Shown here: piece by piece, positions 53,978-62,795 of the stretch | Layout of the letters: every line of letters starts with the position of its first letter | Position numbering within the stretch: the first letter of the stretch is position 1 | Assembly (NCBI GenBank): GCA_964566945.1 | Contig: CAZMKE010000005.1 | Location: forward strand, 265,343-329,342 | Length of the DNA stretch: 64,000 bases | Reading direction: 5' to 3' | From: an uncultured Verrucomicrobiota bacterium | GTDB taxonomy: Bacteria > Verrucomicrobiota > Verrucomicrobiia > Limisphaerales > SXQI01 | The notes under the pieces: model-generated | What the model saw: the letters and a program-made list of their open reading frames with translations, nothing else | Databases searched by the model: none | Told to the model about the DNA's origin: nothing | Translations under genes and position numbers: made by a program

Positions 53978-55648
53978 TCAACGGGCCGATCCGGCAGCTT
54001 CGGCCGCTCCGAACGACAGTTCCAGGATCCGCCCCGGCAGCGCGAACGACCCGGCGTTGTTCGTCGGGCGGGAATATTCGCAAATGTAGAGTTTCCCCCG
54101 GCCGCTATGGTGCACATCAATCGGGCGCCCGAGCGGCTTCAACACCGTGTAGACATGGGCCTGGTAAACGCCTTGGGCATCCTTCTGCAATTTCACCTGC
54201 AGAATGTCGAACCCAACATTGTCTTTGGGCGTGCGGATGAAATTCCCGAAACGGTTCAGGATGAAACTGCCCCTCCATTCGGGCGGGAAGTCCTCCCCGA
54301 GAAACACGATTCCACCCGGCCCGGAGTGCGGATCAAAGGTGTAGATCGGCTTCCCATCATACCCGCCATCCGGACCGAGATTCGCAATCGGCAAGGTGAA
54401 CTCAAGTCCTGCGGGCGGCTCCGGGGTGTGGTCGTAGGCTTTTTTGGTCCAATCCGCGAACCGGTACGGGAACCCGTAGTGCTTGCCCTTTTGGATAAAG
54501 TTGAGTTCCTCCGGCGCATCCGCATCCGGACCGTTTTCGGTGGCAAACATTTCACCGCGGTCGTTCCAGCAAAAGCCGTAGGGATTTCGCACGCCGCGCA
54601 CAAAAACCTCGATCTCCGGATTTTCAATCGCCGGATCCAATCGCCAGATGCTCGAGGTCACCGGCAGTTCTCCGCCGGAGTAATAGTTCGGATCCGGGTT
54701 GGATTGATTGGCATCGGTCCGCGCTCCATTGCCCGCGTAGAGCATTCCATCCGGCCCGAAAGCGATGTGCTCCATCCCATGCACGTAAGCGCTGTTGCCC
54801 GGATATGATTTCTCAAACCAAACTTTCGGCTCCACCGGATCGCCATCCACCATGGAGGTGGTCCGATAGATGGTCACCCGGTTTTGGAAAGGAGGCTTCA
54901 AGTTGTTCGGCTGATTGGAGGCAATGTAAAGCCGGCCATCCTTGCTCAAGGCCATGCCGAGCACAAACAACGGGGAGGGCGTATCGCCCGGCTTGCGATC
55001 CAGATAATTTTTCGCCCAGAGAATCTGCCGAAACGCGGCGGTCTCCGGCTCCAACCGCCAGACATCCCCGTTCTCGATCAACACGTAAATCACTTTGCCC
55101 GTGCCATCGCTCGCCATCCGCACGCCGTGGCTGGTCATCCGCACCACTTCGCGCAATTTGCAGCCTGCCGGAGCGGGCGGCAGCGGCGCGTAGGCACTGG
55201 CTTCCTGCAGCTTCGCAAATGTTGGGAACTGGGTTTTTGCCCGGGCCGTTTTCACCTCCTCGGCCGTCACTGGCTCGTCCTTGTTCCCCCAGGAATTGCG
55301 GACGAACGTCAGCACATCCGCGGCGTCGCCATCCTCGAGCACCACCGGCGGCATGTTGCCGTCATACTTCCTGCCGTTCACCAGGATCACCCCGCCCTGC
55401 CCTTCGCACAGAATCCGGATGCTCCGTTCGCGATCCGGCATCAGAAAATCGGATTGCGCGAGGGGCGGATAAGTTCCGGGAACGCCCTGGCCATTCAACT
55501 GGTGGCACACCAGGCAATTCCGCGCATAAAGCTCCCGCCCACGGTCCATCTGGGAGGCCGCAGCCCCGTTTTGTCCCGATTCGGCGGCGGACGAAAGGAT
55601 CAAAGCGCCCAGGCCGATGGCAATTCCGGCTATTTTTACTCGCAACAC
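53978..55648 (-). CDS. cytochrome c + PQQ-dependent sugar (glucose/sorbosone) dehydrogenase-like beta-propeller
   Basis: This is the C-terminal 556 codons of ORF 53978..56269. The proposed start is GTG 55648, giving (M)LRVKIAGIAIGLGALILSSAAES. Haem motif: NCLVCHQLNGQGVPGTYPPLAQSDF. GSDH-like motifs: HGMEHIAFGPDGMLYAGNGARTD, FVRGVRNPYGFCWNDRGEMFATENGPD, INFIQKGKHYGFPY. The upstream 207 codons of the track ORF overlap the divergent gene and look non-coding. Confidence 0.75.
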   Translation of the reverse strand: MLRVKIAGIAIGLGALILSSAAESGQNGAAASQMDRGRELYARNCLVCHQLNGQGVPGTYPPLAQSDFLMPDRERSIRILCEGQGGVILVNGRKYDGNMPPVVLEDGDAADVLTFVRNSWGNKDEPVTAEEVKTARAKTQFPTFAKLQEASAYAPLPPAPAGCKLREVVRMTSHGVRMASDGTGKVIYVLIENGDVWRLEPETAAFRQILWAKNYLDRKPGDTPSPLFVLGMALSKDGRLYIASNQPNNLKPPFQNRVTIYRTTSMVDGDPVEPKVWFEKSYPGNSAYVHGMEHIAFGPDGMLYAGNGARTDANQSNPDPNYYSGGELPVTSSIWRLDPAIENPEIEVFVRGVRNPYGFCWNDRGEMFATENGPDADAPEELNFIQKGKHYGFPYRFADWTKKAYDHTPEPPAGLEFTLPIANLGPDGGYDGKPIYTFDPHSGPGGIVFLGEDFPPEWRGSFILNRFGNFIRTPKDNVGFDILQVKLQKDAQGVYQAHVYTVLKPLGRPIDVHHSGRGKLYICEYSRPTNNAGSFALPGRILELSFGAAEAAGSAR

Positions 55649-55792
55649 GGGCGCGATCCTAAGCAGAAGCCCGCTCTGGGCGCGACCGGAAAAAAGAAGG
55701 GCGAGCCCCCCGGTGGAGCGGGGGCAACGCGCAGGGGATTGCAGGAGCGGGCGGCACCTGCCAGATTCCCCGGGCGGGAGCGCCGTTCGACC

Positions 55793-56596
55793 GTGAAAAA
55801 GTACCTCCACGTCATCAACGTCGGAATTCAGAACACCCTGGTTTACCGGGTGAATTTCCTTTTCCGCTCCGCGTTCGCCCTCATCCCGTTGATGGCCACC
55901 ATTTACCTCTGGCGCGCGGTTTACTCGGGCAAAACCGAATCCGACGTCGCGGGCTATTCCCTGGCCGGGATGGTCTCGTATTACCTGCTGGTCACCATTG
56001 TTGATGCCTTGACCGGCGTGACGGAGGACGACTGGCAGATCGCCGCGGACATCAAGGACGGCAACATCAATCAATTCCTCCTCAAGCCGATTGATTACAT
56101 GTTCTACCGGGTTTGCCTGTTCTTTTCCGGCCGGTTGATCTACACCGCCGTCGCCATTTTCCCGGTGGGCCTCTTTCTCTTCGTGCAGCGGGATTATCTG
56201 GTTCCCCCGGCCAGCTGGCCGCTGGTCCCGCTCTTCGCCGCCTCCGTGCTGCTCACCGCTCTGCTCCAATTTTTCATGTCCTACACCATGGCCATGCTCT
56301 CATTTTGGGTGGTGGAGGTGTCGACGTTCATCTTTATCCTGTTCGCCTTCGAATACATCGCTGGAGGGCATCTCTTTCCGATCGATATCCTTCCCAAAGG
56401 TGTCGCCACCGTCCTCCAGTTCACTCCGTTCCCTTACCAGCTCTTTTTCCCCGTCAGCATTTACCTCGGGCGAGTCTCCGGTCCCCGCCTCTGGAGCGGC
56501 CTCGCCCTTCAAATTTTCTGGACCGCGTTTTTCTGCCTGTTTGCCCGGTGGGTCTGGGGCCGGGGCATCCGAAAATACACCGCGGTGGGCGGTTGA
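55793..56596 (+). CDS. ABC-2 family transporter permease (DUF990-like), orphan
   Basis: This is the C-terminal 267 codons of ORF 54884..56596. The proposed start is GTG 55793, giving (M)KKYLHVINVGIQNTLVYRVNFLFRSAFALIPLMATIYLWRAVY. It has 6 hydrophobic segments. The upstream part of the track ORF is the antisense shadow of gene 53978..55648. Confidence 0.7.
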   Translation: MKKYLHVINVGIQNTLVYRVNFLFRSAFALIPLMATIYLWRAVYSGKTESDVAGYSLAGMVSYYLLVTIVDALTGVTEDDWQIAADIKDGNINQFLLKPIDYMFYRVCLFFSGRLIYTAVAIFPVGLFLFVQRDYLVPPASWPLVPLFAASVLLTALLQFFMSYTMAMLSFWVVEVSTFIFILFAFEYIAGGHLFPIDILPKGVATVLQFTPFPYQLFFPVSIYLGRVSGPRLWSGLALQIFWTAFFCLFARWVWGRGIRKYTAVGG

Positions 56597-56668
56597 ACCG
56601 GGGGAATCCGATCGAATCGAGAAACAGTTGCGAGGCGCGAAATCATGGGTATCTTTATCGCCGCGGCT

Positions 56669-56742
56669 TGTCCGATGGTGTAATGGTAGCACAACTCCCT
56701 TTGGAGGAGTTTGTCATGGTTCGAATCCATGTCGGACAGCCA
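56669..56742 (+). tRNA. tRNA-Gln (anticodon UUG), CCA encoded
   Basis: The cloverleaf was folded by hand. Acceptor stem TGTCCGA/TCGGACA (7 bp perfect). D arm GTGT-AATGGTA-GCAC. Anticodon stem ACTCC/GGAGT with loop CTTTGGA (TTG). T arm CATGG-TTCGAAT-CCATG. Discriminator G, then CCA. Total 74 nt. Confidence 0.9.
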
Positions 56743-56847
56743 ATTTCCCCAACTTTCGCGTCCTTCACAGGAGTTCCCATAAGTCCTTCGCCCGCCGTGC
56801 CGTGAACCGTTTGCGCGAATTGAAAGCTCACTCCCGTTCATGCTACT

Positions 56848-57549
56848 TTGACCACGCCCGAAATGTTCCAAAACACCGTTCAAATCGCCGGGGTGAAAGA
56901 CCTCGCGGAGGCGGCGCTACTCGAAAAGCTGGGCGTTGACTTCATCGGCTTTCCTCTTCGGCTCGGCTACCACCGGCCGGACGTCACCGAAGAGATGGCG
57001 CGAACCATCATCGCCGGGCTGCGGGATCCGAAAAAGGCCGTTCTCATTACTTACGAAACGTCACCAGCCGAGATCTCCGCTTTTTGCCGCTTTCTCGGAG
57101 TTTCGATGGTCCAACTCCATGGCGAGATCCCGCCCGAAGCGGTCCTGGAACTCCGGCGTGAGCGCCCAGACCTCGCGATGATCAAGAGCCTGATTGTGCG
57201 CCCGGAGTTTGGGCGGGACGCCCGGCCGCTTCTGGAAATCGCCGGACAGTACGAGCCCTGGGTCGACGCCTTTATCACCGACACCTTTGACCCGCGCACC
57301 ACCGCGTGCGGCGCGACCGGTTTGACGCACGACTGGAGCGTCAGCCGTTTATTAGCACAGCAGTTGGCGAGGCCTCTGATCCTCGCGGGGGGCCTCAATT
57401 CGGGGAATGTTTACGAGGCGATCAAAGCCGTGCGACCAGCGGCCGTAGACTCCCATACTGGAGTCGAAGGACCCGGCGGCGAAAAATCAGCCGAACTGGT
57501 GGAGCGTTTTCTCAGCGAAGCCCGGCGCGCATTCCAGGAATGCACATAA
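56848..57549 (+). CDS. trpF: phosphoribosylanthranilate isomerase-like (TrpF family) TIM-barrel protein
   Basis: 233 aa. Motifs: VQIAGVKDLAEAALLEKLGVDFIGF, VQLHGE, FITDTF...GATGLTHDW, LILAGGLNSGNVYEAI, AVDSHTGVEG. It stands alone with no other trp genes nearby. The symbol is moderately confident. Confidence 0.7.
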   Translation: MTTPEMFQNTVQIAGVKDLAEAALLEKLGVDFIGFPLRLGYHRPDVTEEMARTIIAGLRDPKKAVLITYETSPAEISAFCRFLGVSMVQLHGEIPPEAVLELRRERPDLAMIKSLIVRPEFGRDARPLLEIAGQYEPWVDAFITDTFDPRTTACGATGLTHDWSVSRLLAQQLARPLILAGGLNSGNVYEAIKAVRPAAVDSHTGVEGPGGEKSAELVERFLSEARRAFQECT

Positions 57550-57777
57550 AATCGCACGCCGGGTTGAGCCAACCGTCAACCTTTCGGGTCACCCCTCTCG
57601 ATTTGTGGAGCGGCTGTAGATTCCTCGTTACGGTCCAAGCGGCCGTCGGCGTTCCAGCACTCCTTTGAATCGGCTGGCTGAAACGAGAGTTTTATCCCAC
57701 GTTTGTTTTTGCACGCAGTCGTGGCCTCAATCATTCACCAACGTTTCGTTGCGCGGCTTCCGTCTCTTCAAGAAGAG

Positions 57778-58536
57778 ATGGGGGAGGAACTCTTTGTTTC
57801 GGGTCTGGTTGGACCTTACCGAATTTTCCAGAGGAAACACGGACACCGCCACGGGATCGATGACGCCACTACGGCCTGGTACGCGCTGCAGAAAACGCCG
57901 CCGGTCAAGAAGACCCTCGACCTGGGCACGGGCGTTGGAACGGTCGGCCTGGCGGTCCTTTGGGCTCTCGGACCGGGGGCGGAGTTGACCTGTGTCGAGT
58001 CGCAGGACGTCAGTTACCGGCTGCTGACGGAGAACATCGTGGGAAACGGACAAAGTGGGTCTGTCCGGGCCATTCACGGTGATCTGCGAGACCTCGATTT
58101 GGGCGAACGGTTTCCGTTGATTACGGGAAGTCCTCCCTACTTTCCAATGGGCACAGGCTCGTTGCCCGCCGATTCACAAAAGGCGCACGCGCGCTTCGAA
58201 CTGAAAGGCGATGTGGGCGATTACGCGCGGGCGGCCAAACGGCACATCACCGAGACTGGCTTGTTTGTGTTTTGTTTCCCCTTCCAACAGAAAAGCCGGT
58301 GCATCAAACTGGTGACGGACGCGGGATTCAAGCTCATCACCATCCGCGACGTCGTGCCGATCAGGGGCAAGCCGGCCCTGTTCTCGCTTTATTGCGCTTC
58401 ACTCAGTTTCACCGGCGCACCGACCGAAGAAAATCCCTTGATCGTGGCCTTTGAGGACGGGAAATATACGCCCGAGATGACGGCTCTCCAGGCAACCCGC
58501 GGATTTGGCCCCGAAGGGACCAACGTGATCGGCTGA
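57778..58536 (+). CDS. class I SAM-dependent N6-adenine-type methyltransferase (TrmN6/YfiC-like)
   Basis: Part of ORF 57703..58536; the start is at MGEELFVSG (57778). The SAM motif is TLDLGTGVGTVGLAV. The catalytic motif IV is ITGSPPYF. Confidence 0.75.
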   Translation: MGEELFVSGLVGPYRIFQRKHGHRHGIDDATTAWYALQKTPPVKKTLDLGTGVGTVGLAVLWALGPGAELTCVESQDVSYRLLTENIVGNGQSGSVRAIHGDLRDLDLGERFPLITGSPPYFPMGTGSLPADSQKAHARFELKGDVGDYARAAKRHITETGLFVFCFPFQQKSRCIKLVTDAGFKLITIRDVVPIRGKPALFSLYCASLSFTGAPTEENPLIVAFEDGKYTPEMTALQATRGFGPEGTNVIG

Positions 58537-58742
58537 TCAATCTTGTAAAAAGCGAAAGCGAGCGGGGAATGGACTCTTCAATGGGCCGATCCGTCAACTT
58601 TGTCTAAACCAAGGGGCAGACTCCCTTGTTTATCACCAATCGCGTTGATGCCGTGGCCGGGGCCGGTGTGGTAGAGCATCTGCCAAAGATTTTCCAGTAT
58701 CGCGCCAGAATAAGACCTCGCCGCAGCATTTTGGCAGCGTGG

Positions 58743-59630
58743 CTAAGCAAGCGTGTTTCGGGTGATGAGCGACACCGCCGGATGCGCGATGCGGCGCTCC
58801 GCGGTGAGCGCGTGGAATTGAACGCGGCAACCAGTCGCCTGGCCAATGGTGCGGAATTGATAGCGCGAAACGGCCTCTTTCAACGCCACCGTCGGCACGG
58901 CGATGAATCCGCGGCCCTCGGCGGCCATCACTGTCATCAGGGCGAGGTCTTCAAATTCCGCCACGACGTTCGGCTTGAGGTGGTGTGCGCGGAACCATGA
59001 CTCCAGCGAGCGGCGCAGCGCGGTGTTCTCCGCCGGCAACAGCGTTGGCGCATCGTTGAGGGACTTGGGAAAATTCCGTTTAAACTTTGCCGCCAGCTTT
59101 GCTTCGGCACAGAGCGTCACCCTGCTCTCGCCCAGCGAGTGACTGAACACCTTGAAGTTCGCGCTGCTCGGTGCGGGTTCGTCTGACAGCACGAGGTCGA
59201 GCCGGTGCGCCACGAGTTGCGCGAGCAGATCTTCCATCTTTCCTTCCCGGCAGACGACATGCACCGCTTGCGGCATCGTGAAGACCGGCTTCAGGATTTC
59301 ATTCGTCACCAGCTTGGGGAATGAATCCGCCACGCCGACGTTGAGCCGGAGGGTTCGCGCGCCGGGCCGTTGCTTCACCGCATTCATCAATTCGCGGCCC
59401 AGGAAGAAAATTTCCTCCGCGTAGTTCAACACGACCTGTCCGGCGTCGGTGAGTTTGTTGCTGCGGCCTTCGCGCCGGAAAAGTTTCTCGCCGAGTGCAC
59501 CCTCGAGTTCGCGGATCTGCTCGGAGATGGAGGGCTGCGAGACATGCAGCTTCGCGGCGGCCTGCGCAAGGCTGCCTTCCTTCGCCACGCCGTAAAAGTA
59601 TCGCAGGTGGTGATAATTGAGCCATTCCAT
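58743..59630 (-). CDS. LysR-family transcriptional regulator, NhaR-like
   Basis: 295 aa. The N-terminal wHTH, MEWLNYHHLRYFYGVAKEGSLAQAAAKLHVSQPSISEQIRELEGALGEKLFRREGR, closely parallels the NhaR N-terminus (INYNHLYYFWHV.KEGS...A...L..TPQTITGQIRALEE.L...LF.R.GR, as recalled). Confidence 0.85.
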   Translation of the reverse strand: MEWLNYHHLRYFYGVAKEGSLAQAAAKLHVSQPSISEQIRELEGALGEKLFRREGRSNKLTDAGQVVLNYAEEIFFLGRELMNAVKQRPGARTLRLNVGVADSFPKLVTNEILKPVFTMPQAVHVVCREGKMEDLLAQLVAHRLDLVLSDEPAPSSANFKVFSHSLGESRVTLCAEAKLAAKFKRNFPKSLNDAPTLLPAENTALRRSLESWFRAHHLKPNVVAEFEDLALMTVMAAEGRGFIAVPTVALKEAVSRYQFRTIGQATGCRVQFHALTAERRIAHPAVSLITRNTLA

Positions 59631-59644
59631 GCGGGCACAATTTG

Positions 59645-59661
59645 CTTCGGATTAACCGAAG
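59645..59661. promoter_or_regulatory. candidate LTTR box (T-N11-A with dyad symmetry)
   Basis: CTTCGG-ATTAA-CCGAAG is a perfect 6-5-6 palindrome. Its core TCGGATTAACCGA fits T-N11-A. It lies 15 nt upstream of the LysR start codon, in the divergent intergenic region. Confidence 0.4.
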
Positions 59662-59809
59662 CGTCCATTCGGAAAGGCGTATTAGTCCAGAGCGCACACC
59701 CCGCCTATTGTCCCACCGTCACAGTCGCCGGGACGACGGTTCGCAAAGACGCCCGGCGGCAACCGCTCGCGGGGCTGAAACCAAAACCACAAAAACAACG
59801 ACAACGACC

Positions 59810-60136
59810 ATGAGACTGAACGTGCAACACCTCAACATCCGACCGTTCCACACGCTGGATTCGTGGGTGCAGCGACAAATCCTCTCGCTAGGCCAGCGCC
59901 GGCAAATCGACGAGGCCAATGTCCGGCTAGTGCGGATCGAGAACGCCAGTCCCGCGTTTCAGGTCCACGTCCACCTCGTCACTCCCGGCCCGGACCTCTT
60001 TGCCGAAAGCCGCGATCACACGCTGCGCGCCGCGTTCGCTAAGGCCATGACGCAACTCCGCGAACAGATCACCAGCCGCGCCGCCAGGCGCCTGCAGCGG
60101 CTTAAAAGCAACCTCAAAGCCCGCCGCGGCGGGTGA
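59810..60136 (+). CDS. small HPF/RaiA-like (ribosome-associated S30EA fold) protein
   Basis: Part of ORF 59642..60136; the start is at ATG 59810 (MRLNVQHLNIRPFHTLDSWVQRQILSLGQRRQIDEANVRLVRIENASPAFQVHVHLVTPGPDLFAESRDHTLRAAFAKAMTQLREQI). The length and strand/helix pattern resemble short HPF/RaiA proteins. An A/C-rich leader (CCAAAACCACAAAAACAACGACAACGACC) precedes the ATG. Confidence 0.5.
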   Translation: MRLNVQHLNIRPFHTLDSWVQRQILSLGQRRQIDEANVRLVRIENASPAFQVHVHLVTPGPDLFAESRDHTLRAAFAKAMTQLREQITSRAARRLQRLKSNLKARRGG

Positions 60137-60166
60137 TTCCAATTCGCAACTGACTGTCAACGAACC

Positions 60167-60421
60167 ATGCCCATGAAACCGGAACTCATTCTGAAACCGC
60201 TGGCCGGCATTCCGGCCAGCGCGCTGGCGGTCGCCGCGTCCATGCCGGGACGGGCGGTGAACGCTTCCCAACAAGCCCTTGGCCCGGCCCTGCGCGCGAC
60301 ACAACGCGAGATTCGCGCCGCCCGAATGAATTCAGAGGCCTTCGCCGGCGGCGTCTGCGCCCGCACCTCCGCGCGCTTCCAATCCATCACGCCCTGGCAA
60401 CGCGGCGGACTCAATGAATGA
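60167..60421 (+). CDS. hypothetical small protein
   Basis: The 84-aa ORF fills the gap between the HPF-like gene and the M50 gene on the same strand. I recognised no family, so coding status is uncertain. Confidence 0.3.
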   Translation: MPMKPELILKPLAGIPASALAVAASMPGRAVNASQQALGPALRATQREIRAARMNSEAFAGGVCARTSARFQSITPWQRGGLNE

Positions 60422-60488
60422 AACCGGTGCGGTGGTCACAGACCGCTGTGCCTCCCTAGCCCGAAACAAATCTAATTGAATCGAAAAC

Positions 60489-61715
60489 ATGAAAGCCAAA
60501 ACCAAATCCGGCCTGGCCTGGTCGCTCCATCTGGGGCGCTGGCTCGGCATCGACGTTTATCTGCACTTCACCTTCCTGCTGCTCCTCGCCTTCATCGGCT
60601 TGAGCCAGGGACTCACCAGCCGCAGCCTCGATGCGGCGCTCGGCGGCGTGCTGTTCTTCAGCGGACTCTTCGTTTGCGTGCTCCTCCACGAATACGGCCA
60701 TGCACTGGCCGCCCGGCGTTACGGCGTCGGCACGCGCGACATCACGCTCCTGCCCATCGGCGGCGTGGCGCGGCTCGAACGCATGCCGGAGAAACCGTCG
60801 CAGGAATTCGCCGTGGCGCTCGCCGGCCCGGCGGTAAACGTCATCATCGCGCTCGGCCTGTTCATCGGCTTAAAACTCGCCGGCTGGTGGCAGCCGCTCA
60901 ATTCGTTGACCACCACTGGCGGCGACATCCTTGAGCGGCTGCTCGTCGCGAACGTATTCCTCGTGCTGTTCAACCTGCTGCCGGCATTTCCGATGGACGG
61001 CGGTCGCGTGCTGCGCGCGTTGCTGGCCATGAAATTGAACCACGCCCGCGCCACGCGCATCGCCGTGCGGATCGGCCAGGGCATGGCGTTGCTATTCGGT
61101 TTCGCGGGCTTGTTCGGCAACCCGATGCTGCTGCTCATCGCGCTGTTCGTGTGGGTGGGCGCGGCGCAGGAAGCTGCGGCGTCCGAGATGAAATCCTCAT
61201 TCGGCGGCGCGCTGGTGCGCGAGGCCATGGTCACCGACTTCAAGACACTCGCGCCGGGTGACACCTTGCGCGACGCCACGCGATTGCTGCTCGCCGGTTC
61301 GCAGCGGGATTTCCCCATCGTGAACCGCGACGCGCTCGTGGGCATCCTGACGCATCGCGAACTCTTCGTGGCCTTGCGCGAACGCGGCGAACACGCCCTC
61401 GTCGCGGACGTAACGCGCTGCGAATTCCCCGTGCTCTCCGCCACCGACCCGCTGGAAGCCGCCCTCGCGCCGGAGAACGTCGAGAAAGGCCTCGCCATGC
61501 CGGTGCTTGCGGACGGACGCCTCGTCGGTCTGGTGACCGCGGAGAATGTGGGCGAATTCTTCATGATCCGCTCCGCGCTGCAAAGCCGCGGCGATGCCGG
61601 CCCGCCGCCGTCCGATGCGGTCCCGGCGCCGCCAGTGATCGCCGTGCCGCCGGTCATCCGGCCGGTTGGCGCAGCGAGTGCGGCAGCGTTGTCCCCGCAG
61701 TTCGGGAAAACCTAA
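60489..61715 (+). CDS. M50-family site-2 protease with tandem CBS domains
   Basis: 408 aa. Motifs: HEYGHALAARRYG (HExxH), NLLPAFPMDGGRVLRA. The CBS pair spans VREAMVTDFKTLAPGDTLRDA...FPIVNRDALVGILTHRELF and EFPVLSATDPLE...MPVLADGRLVGLVTAENV. Confidence 0.9.
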   Translation: MKAKTKSGLAWSLHLGRWLGIDVYLHFTFLLLLAFIGLSQGLTSRSLDAALGGVLFFSGLFVCVLLHEYGHALAARRYGVGTRDITLLPIGGVARLERMPEKPSQEFAVALAGPAVNVIIALGLFIGLKLAGWWQPLNSLTTTGGDILERLLVANVFLVLFNLLPAFPMDGGRVLRALLAMKLNHARATRIAVRIGQGMALLFGFAGLFGNPMLLLIALFVWVGAAQEAAASEMKSSFGGALVREAMVTDFKTLAPGDTLRDATRLLLAGSQRDFPIVNRDALVGILTHRELFVALRERGEHALVADVTRCEFPVLSATDPLEAALAPENVEKGLAMPVLADGRLVGLVTAENVGEFFMIRSALQSRGDAGPPPSDAVPAPPVIAVPPVIRPVGAASAAALSPQFGKT

Positions 61716-61784
61716 CGGTTGCTTCTGAACATCCGATTAGTCGCGGCAGGAATGTCGGATAAGGTGGACGGACTTTGGAATATT

Positions 61785-62792
61785 ATGAATGAATCCCTCT
61801 GGCTCTGGGTCGGTTTCAACGTGTTCATCCTCGGGATGCTCGCGCTGGACCTCGGCGTGTTTCATCGCAAGACGCACATCGTCTCGCTGAAGGAATCTCT
61901 CACCTGGACGGGCGTGTGGGTGGCGCTCGCCCTGCTGTTCAACGCAGGCGTGTGGCATTACGGCGGCTCGGCCAGGGCGCTGGAGTTCTTCACCGGTTAT
62001 GTCATCGAGAAATCGCTGAGCGTGGACAACGTGTTTGTTTTCGCGCTGCTGTTCTCGTATTTCGCGGTGCCGCCCCTTTATCAGCACAAGGTGCTGTTCT
62101 GGGGCATCCTCGGCGCGCTCCTTATGCGCGCGATGATGATTGGAGCGGGCACGGTGCTGATCGCGAAGTTCGCGTGGATCATCTATGTCTTCGGCGGCTT
62201 CCTGATTCTCACGGGCATCAAGATGATCGTGAAGCGCGAGGAGGAGATTCATCCAGAGCGCAATCCGGTGGTGCGCTGGTTCAAAAAGCTCATGCCGGTG
62301 ACGCCGGAGTATCGCGGTGACAAATTCTTCGTGCGCGAGAACGGCCTCCGCATGGCGACGCCGCTGTTCGTGGTGCTGTTGCTGGTGGAGTTCACGGACC
62401 TAATTTTCGCCGTGGATTCCATCCCGGCGATTTTTGCGGTAACCAAAGACCCGTTCATCGTCTATACGTCGAACGTGTTCGCGATCCTCGGCCTGCGGTC
62501 GCTCTACTTCGCGCTGGCAGGAGTGATGGACAAGTTCCATTACCTCAAGATCGGGCTTGGCGTGGTGCTCTCGTTCGTGGGCGTGAAGATGATCCTCGCC
62601 CACACCGCTTGGAAGATCGACACGCTGGTCTCACTCGGAGTCATCGTGCTGATTCTCGCGACCAGCGTCGTGTGGTCGCTCGTGAAACCCAAGGCGGTGA
62701 AGATTCCTGCCGATGGGGGAACGGGCGGCCCTCGGTGCGCCAAGGCCGCCCATCCACCCGGCGGCCCGCACGGAGTGCCGCGCCCAGCCTGA
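61785..62792 (+). CDS. TerC/Alx-family integral membrane protein
   Basis: Part of ORF 61719..62792; the start is at MNESLWLWVGFNVFILGMLALDLGVF. The signature is FFTGYVIEKSLSVDNVFVFALLFSYF, with the second repeat FTDLIFAVDSIPAIFAVTKDPFIVYTSNVFAILGLRSLYF. Confidence 0.9.
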   Translation: MNESLWLWVGFNVFILGMLALDLGVFHRKTHIVSLKESLTWTGVWVALALLFNAGVWHYGGSARALEFFTGYVIEKSLSVDNVFVFALLFSYFAVPPLYQHKVLFWGILGALLMRAMMIGAGTVLIAKFAWIIYVFGGFLILTGIKMIVKREEEIHPERNPVVRWFKKLMPVTPEYRGDKFFVRENGLRMATPLFVVLLLVEFTDLIFAVDSIPAIFAVTKDPFIVYTSNVFAILGLRSLYFALAGVMDKFHYLKIGLGVVLSFVGVKMILAHTAWKIDTLVSLGVIVLILATSVVWSLVKPKAVKIPADGGTGGPRCAKAAHPPGGPHGVPRPA

Positions 62793-62795
62793 GCC

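Noticed and set aside
55649-56269. N-terminal 207 codons of the 763-aa minus-strand ORF (MEQSGEQHGGGEERDQ...)
   Set aside because: The segment is highly charged, low-complexity and motif-free, and it overlaps the plus-strand ABC-2 permease. A signal-peptide-like sequence with an in-frame GTG at 55648 gives a sensible start for the cytochrome c-dehydrogenase.
56669-58536. tRNA-Gln considered as an integration site for a genomic island
   Set aside because: I recognised no integrase, excisionase or phage genes downstream. I noticed no direct repeat of the tRNA 3-prime end, and the downstream genes (TrpF-like, methyltransferase) have ordinary composition. My scan for a repeat was not exhaustive.
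61716-61784. Possible yybP-ykoY (Mn2+) riboswitch upstream of the TerC/Alx-family gene
   Set aside because: Only about 70 nt separate the M50 stop from the TerC start. I could not find the conserved GGGGAGTAG-type core or the paired four-helix layout. An Infernal scan with RF00080 would settle this.
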